Positions 28,901 through 31,874 of a DNA stretch of 32,000 nucleotides are shown piece after piece. Origin of the DNA: Nostoc punctiforme PCC 73102 (GTDB lineage Bacteria > Cyanobacteriota > Cyanobacteriia > Cyanobacteriales > Nostocaceae). Position 1 is the first letter of the stretch. Each line of letters begins with the position of its first letter. The notes under the pieces are model-generated. The model was not told the DNA's origin and did no database searches. It was given only the letters and a program-made list of their open reading frames with translations. The stretch covers positions 3,750,001-3,782,000 of the forward strand of contig NC_010628.1 of NCBI RefSeq assembly GCF_000020025.1, read 5' to 3'. The position numbers and the translations under genes were made by a program.

Positions 28901-30010
28901 TACTAAATGCTTAACCTTTGGAGTATCTTCACTCACCTGGATAATTTGATTTTTTTCTAATGCCTTTGGATCAACTACACAGTAAACTGGCTCATCTGCA
29001 ACACCTCCACCAGAAATCATTAGCGTTGCTTCAGCCATCCCATAACAAGGATAGAAAAATTTAGCTTGGAAACCAGAAGATTTAAATGTTGCGGCAAACT
29101 TTTCCAAAGTTTCTCGACGCACAGGTTCAGCACCACTATAGGCGCTGCACCAACTACTCAAATCCAGGTTGGCTCGTTGTTCTGGAGTAATCTTACTCAC
29201 ACAAAGTTCATAGCCAAAGTTCGGGCCACCACAATGAGTTGCTTTGTAATCAGAAATAGCCTTCAGCCAACGAATCGGTTGCTGAACAAAGGATGCTGGT
29301 GACATCATGACACTCGGAAAACCTGTATACAGAGGTTGCAAAACCCCATCAATTAGCCCCATATCATGGAAGCTTGGCAACCAGGTTACAGACACACTAT
29401 TTGGTGTGAGTTCAAAGGCTGACTTGATATACTCCGAATTTTGCAACAAATTACCATGAGTAACGATCACACCCTTCGGCGTTCCTGTAGAACCCGAAGT
29501 GTATTGCAGAAAAGCCAACGTGCTTTTCTCCAGTGGTGGCTTTTGCCAATTAGAAGCATCACTAACAATCTTGTCAATGGCTATGCAATGCAAAGCTGTT
29601 AATTCTGGTTCTTGAGCAAAGCCTTGTTGAATATTAGTCAAGACGGATGCTGTAGTGAGGGCAAACCTTGCTTCTGAGTCTTTGACAATAGCTTGCAGTC
29701 TCGTCATGCGTTGGTTGCGTCGGGGTGGATATACGGGAACAGCTAAAACCCCAGCGTATAAACATCCGAAAAAAGCCACAATAAATTCTAATCCTGATGG
29801 ATAAAGCAGCAAAGCTCTTTCGCCTGGTGCAGCTTTTAAGCTCTGGAGTTCTACCGCAATAGCTCGTGCTTTTTGGTCTAACTCTTGATAAGTTAGTTTG
29901 ACTTCTTCGGTATCTCCATCCACCAAGAAAGTATAAGCGATTTGGTTTGGTTGGGATAAAGACCGATAAGATAATAAATCAACAAAAGTGGCACAGTTTA
30001 GAGAAGTCAT
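13952..30010 (-). CDS. Hybrid fatty-acyl-AMP ligase / PKS / aminotransferase / NRPS megasynthase (FAAL-LLM-ACP-KS-AT-ACP-AMT-C-A-PCP-C-A-PCP-E), 5352 aa
   Basis: Uninterrupted 16 kb ORF. Core motifs read from the translation: FAAL YTSGSTGTPKGV; LLM block MQFSLLYFSS...; ACP FGIDSL; KS DTMCSSS, HGTGT, NIGH; AT GHSVGE; ACP GADSL; class-III aminotransferase TYGKIVGG; two C domains MHHIVSDGWS; two A domains (YTSGSTG.PKG, LYKTGD, NGK); PCP GGHSL and GGDSI; E domain HHLIVDGVSW plus EGHGRE. Confidence 0.95.
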   Translation of the reverse strand: MTSLNCATFVDLLSYRSLSQPNQIAYTFLVDGDTEEVKLTYQELDQKARAIAVELQSLKAAPGERALLLYPSGLEFIVAFFGCLYAGVLAVPVYPPRRNQRMTRLQAIVKDSEARFALTTASVLTNIQQGFAQEPELTALHCIAIDKIVSDASNWQKPPLEKSTLAFLQYTSGSTGTPKGVIVTHGNLLQNSEYIKSAFELTPNSVSVTWLPSFHDMGLIDGVLQPLYTGFPSVMMSPASFVQQPIRWLKAISDYKATHCGGPNFGYELCVSKITPEQRANLDLSSWCSAYSGAEPVRRETLEKFAATFKSSGFQAKFFYPCYGMAEATLMISGGGVADEPVYCVVDPKALEKNQIIQVSEDTPKVKHLVGCGYAWLDTKIAIANPQSLTLCAPEQVGEIWVSGSSIAKGYWNRPEQTKETFHAYLADTAEGPFLRTGDLGFLKDGQLFITGRLKDVVIIRGCNHYPQDIELTVEQSHQALKAGSGAAFSVDIDGEEQLVIVQEVERTYLRHLNLDEVVEAIKTSVSQIHELQVYAVLLLKTGSIPKTSSGKIQRHACRAGFLAGTLNALNTVDVVIEPQLQNPKESKKMQFSLLYFSSNEAEFSDEKYKLFLEGAKFADRNGFTAVWTPERHFHAFGGLYPNPSVLSAALTSLTKRIRLRAGSVVLPLHNPIRVVEEWSVVDNLSHGRVDLAFARGWNPNDFVLSPDTHADSKEVMFSGIQTVQKLWRGENISLPNGVGKQTDIKVYPLPMQRELSIWITCTGGKERFIEAGASGFNILTALLFQPVEELAQKIALYRETRKQHGYDPDSGQVTLMLHTFIGEDIKVVRNQVREPFIEYMKSSVNLWRHGSDDLDKLTETEKANLLAYAFERYFHTSALFGTPSTCLEMVQRLHEIGVDEIACLIDFGIDGNTVLASLDSLNNLRQLVNGVDEPSIKETIESYNQPKTDVLKQTNNAIINNSLPAFSIETSLKIPSRQNEEVQVPQGSLLQWIGEVIVQQIANSLGKKSSQISLDKSFYSFGIDSLKAVEIMETLGEKFGFSISPTLLFEYPTPTEFALYLIQEQKTQLQKYLLVNWEPAKLWAVNLERQKAVVLSNKLFNPASTKVVEPINDRIRAEDIAVIGMSGRFPQSPDLQSFWELLSQGKNAIAQVPSLRWNLSDWYDKNPGAANKTYSCWGGFIDHIDQFDPLFFQISPREAELMDPQQRLFLEVAWEALENAGYSPESFAQSQVGVFVGCSNNGYYQRIAPALNTSDYSAGIGNQNAIIANRVSFLLNLRGPSVLIDTMCSSSLVALHMACRSLQQGECTTALAGGVNLLLSPEYYVGMSRMKMHSPNGRCATFDSQADGIVLGEGAGALLLKPLSQALKDGDRIYAVIKGSAVNHDGRTNGITAPNSRSHAEVICQALDAAGISADTISYVEAHGTGTSLGDPIEVEGLTKAFRKYTERKQFCKIGSVKTNIGHLECAAGMAQLLKVILAIQHRQIPANLHFQQPNPLIPFAETPFQVNTKLCSWESSGLRRAGISSFGIGGTNAHIVIEEAPPLEPVIPEIERPKHLLTFSAKTENALVQLVSRYETYLAANLDLPLGDICFTANTGRSHFQHRLSAIATSTSDLHQRLLNFISQQEVTGIKIGRIHENTPPKIAFLFTGQCSQYVGMGSQLYETQPTFRKILDYCNEILRPYLKEDLLKVIYPQPGETSLIDQTAYAQPALFALEYALVQLWKSWGVEPSVVMGHSVGEYVAACVAGVFSLEDGLKLIAERSRLMQSLPQTGAMVAVFACEADIWAITEIDLAEVAFAPRLEEKPSVGIAAYNGPQNTVISGEREAIERICANLKAAGIQTKKLVTSYGFHSPLMEPILAEFRQVAATVTYNAPQIDIISNVTGQLIGEAINPEYWCDHLISSVQFAKSIQTLHTADYEIFVEIGPKPILLGMGSKCLLGKGLWLASLRQGREDWQQILESLGELYVHGVQVEWSGFDRDYFRRRVQLPTYPFQRKRYWIDAPVSTSDNKFDTQKSLPSQLSTSQFDTEIAPPLKALQPKVDTTPQIKRLDLIVSKLHSYIVNLLKAEPSEVDFYAPFLEIGADSLMLIDAINYIDITYRIKITISQLFEQLTTIYAVASYIDQNLLPEPIFVDVQLPEPVYQTQPPTPQSPPLAFVESNGNGHSHTQQPTLKSTVQQTAGETAVERIMLQQLQVMSQVMSQQLDVLRATGNVLSSNGNSHLASSPPTPQNQVVKETGIAINQVQSNQTVTKNFSPIEPPPPREINQPQQQHLKTLISNYTQKTQSSKQYAQTYRSFLADSRAVAGFRPSTKEMVYPIIGERAKGARCWDIDGNEYVDITMGFGVLLFGHAAPFITAAVDEHLQQGIQIGPQANYAGEVAALISELTGMERVTFCNSGTEAVMTALRLARTKTGRSKIAIFAGSYHGHFDGILAKESLDGLSTVPIAPGITANAVEDVLVLDYGEPKSLEILQAHAAELAAVLVEPVQGRNPDLQPREFLQQLRQFTAVAGVALIFDEVLVGFRIHLGGAQAWFGIEADIVTYGKIVGGSIPIGVVAGKASYMNGIDGGLWNYGDASYPQVEKTFFAGTFNKNHLGMAVARAVLKYLKSQGPALQQHLNQRTSDLAIALNTYFEQEEVPIKIVYFGSLFRFAFSGNFDLLFYHLIYKGVYIWEGRNCFLSTAHTDEDIEYVIQAVKHSIEEMRAVGFIPKRSPKLSAGSNGNGTVKTTQNGVLTKPVVTESVPVLEAIAREGKLPLSLAQQRLWFLDQLEPNSAFYNIPAAVRLQGQLNVAILEQSFREIIRRHEALRTNFITLDGQPHQVIHPNLNWQISVVDLQHLPVSKRENESQKIAIAEAQRPFNLETESLVRATLLVLSQTEYILQVTMHHIVSDGWSMSILIEEFTALYTAFSQGQPTPLVELPIQYVDFAVWQRKWLQGTVLQSQLTYWKKQLSGAATILSLPTDRPRPTMQTVRGAHQPFALSFELTEALKALSKKEGVTLFMTVLAAYNILLYRYTGQADILVGSPNASRNRPEIQGLIGYFLNILLLRADMSGNPSLREFLKQVRKTALGAYAHQDVPVEELIEALQPVRDLSYTPLFQVMFILDSATPISEMQLPGVTWSSMTVENYTSKLDLTLTLENTAQGLVGEWEYNTDLFEAATITRMAEHFRNLLEGMVANPEQRIAELPLLAAWERQQLLVEWNNTQREYPHKCIHQLFEEQVELTPNAVAVVFGNQRLTYQELNSRANQLAHYLQELEIKPDTLIGICLERSLDIFVGILGILKTGAAYVPLDPDYPQERLDYMFSDSQVSILLTAKKLVTQIPRHSAQLVYLDADWDVIATKSQQNLASEVKPENLAYVIYTSGSTGRPKGVMVPHRSLVNAYFGWEQAYELRTKTSSHLQMANFSFDVFTGDLVRGLCSGAKLVLCPREWLLTPELLYKLMQEEKVDCAEFVPAVIRNLIAYLEKTKQNLDFMRVLAVGSDSWYVKEYEEFQRFCGLETRLINSYGVSEATIDSCYFESTNVKLPVEALVPIGKPFPNVQIYILDSDLQPVPIGVLGELYIGGAGLAHGYLNRPDLTQERFIANPLSNEPTSRLYKTGDLARFLADGNIEFLGRIDNQVKIRGFRIELAEIEAVLRQYPTVSQTVAMAREDIPGDKRLIAYVVGNQESVPVISDLRRFLKEKLPEYMIPAAFMVLQTIPLTPNGKVNYRELPAPEISRAGLEASFIAPRNPIEEILAQIWVDVLGVKQVGIHDNFFELGGHSLIATQLISRIRTALKVELPLRSLFEASTVADLAERIALQQDAPHLNAPSLQSVVRDGQLSLSFAQQRLWFLNQLEPNSALYNIAGTARLQGELNVIALEQSLGEIIRRHESLRTNFITQEDGQAVQIIRPDAAFTMPVVDLRQLSASEQEIEIQRLATVEAQQAFDLANQLLIRATLLVLSKTEHILLFCMHHIVSDGWSMGVFVQETAAIYGAFSQGQPTPLPELAIQYVDFAVWQRQLLQGEIKESQLAYWQQHLAGATALLELPTDRPRPAVQTFRGANQSFVLSFELTGSLILLSRQEGVTLFMMLLAAYDTLLYRYTGQTDILVGSAIANRNHNEIEGLIGFFVNTLVFRTDVAGNPSFRELLNRVREVALGAYSHQDLPFELLVETLQPERNLSYTPLFQVAFVLQNAPMSEIELPGLTLSSMTPDNKTAKFDLTLTLENTATGLMGVWEYNTDLFEASTIERMTGHFQTLLESVVIQPEQRIGELPLLTAKEQYQLLEEWNHTQKDYLGNICIHQFFEMQVERTPDAVALVFENQQLTYRELNQQANHLAHYLRTLGIRVDVLVGLCVERSLEMLVGLLGILKAGGAYVPIDPEYPQERISHILSDSQVSLLLTQHRLVARLPEHQATLVVIDESWEQIIQHSQENPISGVKDSDLVNVIYTSGSTGKPKGVMVKHSGLCNLAQAQIDLFDLLPSSRILQFASFSFDASIWEVVMALGSGARLYLGTKESLLPGLELIELLRDYGITHITLPPSALAVLPQAELPALQNIIVAGEACAPDLIKQWSVGRRFFNAYGPTETTVCATVAECGNGERSDKPPIGRPIPNTQAYILDSYLQPVPIGVPGELHIGGAGVAQGYLNRPELTTEKFILNPFEDSAALASPRASAEGSRLYKTGDLARYLPDGNIEYLGRIDNQVKVRGFRIELGEIEVILSQHPAALQVAVIAREDVPGDKRLVAYLVLNQEEAPTVNDLRQFLKQKLPNYMMPSAFVFLETLPITPNGKVDRRALPTPDLRCELEVSFVAPTTSIEETLGKIWADVLRVEQVGIHDNFFDLGGDSILSLQIIARANLAGLQLIPKQLFAHQTIAELAAVVGTTKKIQAEQGLVTGALLLTPIQEWFFEQNLPEPHHFNQSILLLVPPDVQSELLEQVLQKLLLHHDALRLRFIPDGGDWQQVNDGLEAKVPLNVIDLSTIPAEEQSVALENSGSALQASLNLSTGPLMRVALFKFSNNQPYRLLVILHHLIVDGVSWRILLEDLFSAYQQLSRGEMMALPPKTSSFKDWGHRLREYARSLALTSELNYWMQPNFNFTSLPTDYPVSKDANNIAATAQVSRSLSLEETSALLQEVPAAYNTQINDVLLTALLQSFAQWTGSSSLLIDIEGHGREELFDDLDLSRTVGWFTSLFPVRLQLEQTNHPGNILKSVKEQLRQLPNRGIGYGILRYLSPYAEQLKALPQAEVSFNYLGQLGQKSSAADTWKLAQESGGVEHNSLENRNYLLDINVLTINGKLQINWTYSQKIHQLKTVECLADWFMNALKTLINHCQSPDVGGYTSSDFPEVSLSQEEIDNLNLMFAFDPS
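14036..15373 (-). other. Domain: epimerization E (aa ~4880-5325), followed by a short docking-type tail
   Basis: LTPIQEWFFEQNLPEPHHFNQS, HHLIVDGVSWRILL (His pair aa 5015-5016), IDIEGHGREELF. The protein ends ...SLSQEEIDNLNLMFAFDPS. Confidence 0.85.
15401..15613 (-). other. Domain: PCP (aa ~4800-4870), Ser4832; the type that feeds an E domain
   Basis: DNFFDLGGDSILSLQIIARAN; the Ser codon is at 15515-15517. Confidence 0.85.
15665..17158 (-). other. Domain: adenylation A (aa ~4285-4782), predicted Phe (code DAWTIAAVCK)
   Basis: FDASIWE, ITHITLPPS, IIVAGEA, NAYGPTETTVCAT, PNGKVDR (Lys4776). The code differs from GrsA-Phe DAWTIAAICK only by I to V at position 330. Confidence 0.8.
16022..16069 (-). 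repeat. Expanded, locally GC-rich loop (EDSAALASPRASAEGS) in the Phe A domain, consistent with an in-frame insertion of about 30 nt
   Basis: The equivalent loop is 6 aa in two uninserted A domains (NPLSNEPTSRLYKTGD and HPFNDDPNARLYKTGD) but 16 aa here. The core tgccgatgctcgcgggctcgctaacgctgc (16031-16060) is visibly more GC-rich than its surroundings. Confidence 0.55.
17249..18538 (-). other. Domain: condensation C (LCL-type; aa ~3825-4254)
   Basis: LSFAQQRLWFLNQLEPNSALYN; CMHHIVSDGWS (His pair aa 3958-3959). Confidence 0.85.
18596..18808 (-). other. Domain: PCP (aa ~3735-3805), Ser3766; the type that feeds a C domain
   Basis: DNFFELGGHSLIATQL; the Ser codon is at 18713-18715. Confidence 0.85.
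18866..20368 (-). other. Domain: adenylation A (aa ~3215-3715), divergent; hand-derived code DVGELVSIDK, closest to the ornithine code
   Basis: AYVIYTSGSTGRPKGV, FSFDVFTGD, AEFVPAV, LAVGSDS, NSYGVSEATIDS, LYKTGD, PNGKVNY (Lys3709 at 18884-18886). The code was derived by manual alignment to GrsA-Phe numbering. Confidence 0.7.
20456..21742 (-). other. Domain: condensation C (LCL-type; aa ~2757-3185)
   Basis: LSLAQQRLWFLDQLEPNSAFYN; MHHIVSDGWS (HHxxxDG at 21329-21349). Confidence 0.85.
21878..23203 (-). other. Domain: PLP-dependent class-III aminotransferase AMT (aa ~2270-2711), putative PLP Lys2547
   Basis: LADSRAVAGFRP, GFGVLLFGH, FCNSGTEAVMTALRLAR, FDEVLVGFR, IVTYGKIVGG (Lys codon 22370-22372). 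It resembles the glutamate-1-semialdehyde-aminomutase-like domains of MycA/ItuA-type synthases. Confidence 0.85.
23399..23422 (-). repeat. Perfect 12-nt tandem duplication (ctgagacatcac x2) giving QVMSQVMS in the pre-aminotransferase helix/linker
   Basis: Read directly: 23399-23410 equals 23411-23422. It is in frame. Confidence 0.9.
23636..23863 (-). other. Domain: ACP2 (aa ~2050-2125), Ser2087
   Basis: FLEIGADSLMLIDAINYI; the Ser codon is at 23750-23752. Confidence 0.85.
24191..25078 (-). other. Domain: acyltransferase AT (aa 1645-1940), probably malonyl-specific but with atypical motifs
   Basis: FLFTGQCSQY (usual motif is GQGSQ), QTAYAQPALFALEYAL, GHSVGE (Ser1738 at 24797-24799), YGFHS at aa 1850-1854 (usual motif is HAFH for malonyl or YASH for methylmalonyl). 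Confidence 0.8.
25382..26656 (-). other. Domain: ketosynthase KS (aa 1119-1543), active-site Cys1289
   Basis: EDIAVIGMSGRFP start; DTMCSSS (Cys codon 26144-26146); EAHGTGT; KTNIGHLECAAG; GGTNAHIVIEE end. Confidence 0.9.
26816..27043 (-). other. Domain: ACP1 (aa ~990-1065), phosphopantetheine Ser1026
   Basis: FYSFGIDSLKAVEIM; the Ser codon is at 26933-26935. Confidence 0.85.
27224..28243 (-). other. Domain: luciferase-like (FMN-dependent) monooxygenase, LLM/Ox, embedded between FAAL and ACP (aa 590-929)
   Basis: 340-aa block MQFSLLYFSSNE...ADRNGFTAVWTPERHFHAFGGLYPNPSVL...GRVDLAFARGWNPNDF...EIGVDEIACLIDFG. It has the shape of the natural-product-biosynthesis LLM domain family. Coordinates were mapped from codons. 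Confidence 0.75.
28286..30010 (-). other. Domain: fatty acyl-AMP ligase (FAAL) loading domain (aa 1-575)
   Basis: N-terminus FVDLLSYRS...IAYTFL, then LQYTSGSTGTPKGVIVTHGNLL, YGMAEATL, FLRTGDLGF and IPKTSSGKIQR. This is the typical FAAL pattern rather than an amino-acid A domain. Confidence 0.85.
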
Positions 30011-30013
30011 TAG

Positions 30014-30106
30014 TATAGCAATCCTATTTAAATTGTAAAATTAGTTATGGAGACAGGTAATAGGTTATAGGCAAGATTTTTTTACGCATAATTTAGGATT
30101 GCTATA
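30014..30106 (-). promoter_or_regulatory. 13-bp perfect inverted repeat (tatagcaatccta / taggattgctata) with a 67-nt spacer in the 5' leader, ending 3 nt from the start codon
   Basis: The arms lie at 30014-30026 and 30094-30106. In the mRNA sense the 3' arm (uaggauugcuaua) contains the only AGGA-like element upstream of the ATG at 30008-30010. Confidence 0.4.
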
Positions 30107-30396
30107 TATTCAAGTTCTGTATTTTTGTGACAATTTTTTCTATTTTTTTAGATGCCGATTGAGGAAAATTTATAGCCTCTTTAGTCTCTAGTTCTTTTGC
30201 AGCCATAAAAAGCAAATTCACTGGTGATTAAGATATTCAGTACGGATGTCGCTTAAGAATAACTTCGCAATAACTAAAGATATCTTCTAGTCAAAGAAGG
30301 CAAGGCTAACTTAGCCATATCATTGATTTAATCAAGCCTAGGTTAACTATTAGTTAAACATCTCTGTGCTGAATAACTTAATCCATTTTACGATCA

Positions 30397-30422
30397 GTAA
30401 TCAAAAAATGAAGGTTGATTAC
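30397..30422 (-). terminator. Weak candidate terminator hairpin downstream of the DUF3102 gene
   Basis: gtaatcaa (30397-30404) and ttgattac (30415-30422) form an 8-bp AU-rich stem with a 10-nt loop, about 35 nt after the stop at 30458. No clear U-tract follows on the sense strand. Confidence 0.2.
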
Positions 30423-30457
30423 AAAAATCAGTTCTCGGTTTTATGGAAAACTTGGCA

Positions 30458-31378
30458 TTATGGAGTTTTTAAGAGTTTTTCACATATCTGAACTAAGGAT
30501 TGTAGATGGCGATCGCTCAACCCCAAATCAACAGACTTTGCTAATACTAAAGCCAATTGTTCTGGCGTTAAGTTTGTCAAGGTAATCGCTGTTTTATTAA
30601 TCAAACTATTTAATTGGGTATTGTCTAAACTTGAAGAGCTGTTCATTTCATTATCTAGTATTTCTTTCTGATCATAAACTATTATTTTACTAAAATTTAC
30701 AATTTTAGAATTTTCATTTTCTCTAGAAAATGACTGGCGTTCAAATAATGGAAAACTATTTTTCAATTTGATACCTTTGCTAGCTAAATCATCTGGTAGA
30801 TAAAAAATAGAAGTAGTTTCATGATCTTCTATTTGTAGGGAGTTAGAAGAATTGGGCCTGATGGTTTTTAAACCAATATTTGTATTTTCTAAATTACAAG
30901 GTTGAGATGGGACGTTTCCCTTATATTTATTGACAATTTCTTTAGCTTGTGTATAGGTAATATTTTCACCTATAACTGCACGTTTTAGAACTTCGGCTCT
31001 AGCCTCTTTAGAAGTAGAGGGAGCAGCGATGATATAAAGGGCTGAGGCACTAATATTCAAATTCGTAAAATTTACGAATTTCAGATGCTCTGCAACATGC
31101 ATAAACTTAGTTGCAGTTGAGATACTCCAATTAAACTCAACCTTGAGCCAATTTGTAAAGTTTCCATGCCCTAAAAACTTTTTTACTTCTATTAACCTCT
31201 GTCCAATATTGATAATGTCCTCAGCAGTTCGACGTATCAGTACTTTGATTTCGTGAGTATGTTCTTGAACTAAAGCTAGTGTTTCAGCATTTAAATTAGG
31301 ATATGTAATTTTGGAATTTGGGGTTGTTTGATTTGGCAGACGGTCTAATAATTCGCCCATTTTTTTGCTGGTTTCCAT
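30458..31378 (-). CDS. DUF3102-family protein (conserved N-terminal half, N/S-rich low-complexity C-terminal half), function unknown
   Basis: 306-aa ORF. The N-terminal block EIKVLIRRTAEDIINIGQRLIEVKKFLGHGNFTNWLKVEFNWSISTATKFMHVAE matches, from memory, the DUF3102 signature (EI..G..L...K..L.HG.F..WL...F.WS..TA..FM.VA). This family is common on cyanobacterial plasmids and mobile regions. The family call is recall only, not a search. Confidence 0.65.
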   Translation of the reverse strand: METSKKMGELLDRLPNQTTPNSKITYPNLNAETLALVQEHTHEIKVLIRRTAEDIINIGQRLIEVKKFLGHGNFTNWLKVEFNWSISTATKFMHVAEHLKFVNFTNLNISASALYIIAAPSTSKEARAEVLKRAVIGENITYTQAKEIVNKYKGNVPSQPCNLENTNIGLKTIRPNSSNSLQIEDHETTSIFYLPDDLASKGIKLKNSFPLFERQSFSRENENSKIVNFSKIIVYDQKEILDNEMNSSSSLDNTQLNSLINKTAITLTNLTPEQLALVLAKSVDLGLSDRHLQSLVQICEKLLKTP

Positions 31379-31443
31379 GTGAGAGTATAAACTCCATTTT
31401 TTCAGACAATTATGTATATATACAGTTTCCAGTAGGAAATTAT

Positions 31444-31458
31444 GTGAATTAGATTCAC
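31444..31458. promoter_or_regulatory. Palindrome GTGAAT-tag-ATTCAC upstream of the DUF3102 gene (possible operator)
   Basis: A perfect 6+6 inverted repeat 66-80 nt upstream of the ATG at 31376-31378. It resembles a CRP/NtcA-family half-site arrangement, but the spacing does not fit TGTGA-N6-TCACA or GTA-N8-TAC. Confidence 0.2.
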
Positions 31459-31874
31459 CTTTGTTAAGGTATCAGTAATAGGTTAAGGGCTTATGCAATT
31501 TAGGATAAGATTTTGTAACTAGGTGTATAACAGTGCAAACGCATTTTATTTACGCAATACTGACTAGATAACTCACCATTGCGATCATCGAATAATTAAT
31601 GTAATAGGTGAGCCAGGGATTTGATTAGTATTTTAAATATTAAAGATAAAATCTTTATTCACTAAGATTTTTATTTCAAGCTTATACTTGAATGTTCACA
31701 GAAACTACAGGTATATTAAATTAGAGTAAACTAACAATTGGTTAACAATAGGTAAAAAAATTAATAAATTTACTCTGAATAAAAAGCAGGGTTAGCGCGT
31801 CTCAAAACCTATTGGCAAAAGGACTTACTCGATCAGCAACAAAGTGACACCATCTGAGGTAGAGTAAGATTTAA

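Noticed and set aside
1914-29302. All other short ORFs in the six-frame track that lie inside the two giant genes, on either strand (for example 2237-2458, 12867-13070, 17920-18132, 22154-22426, 26404-26640, 28599-28898)
   Set aside because: They are fully nested in long ORFs with continuous domain homology. Their low-complexity translations have no recognisable motifs. They are typical spurious frames.
30107-30457. Small ORFs, riboswitch-like structure or an sRNA in the long leader/intergenic region upstream of the synthase
   Set aside because: It contains only very short ORFs (for example MPIEENL and MSLKNNFAITKDIF) and no conserved riboswitch cores that I can recognise. Apart from the 13-bp inverted repeat and one weak hairpin, nothing is supportable without folding and comparative data.
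31444-31458. Reading GTGAAT-tag-ATTCAC as an NtcA or CRP binding site
   Set aside because: The spacing does not fit GTA-N8-TAC or TGTGA-N6-TCACA. It is kept only as a low-confidence generic palindrome in the feature list.
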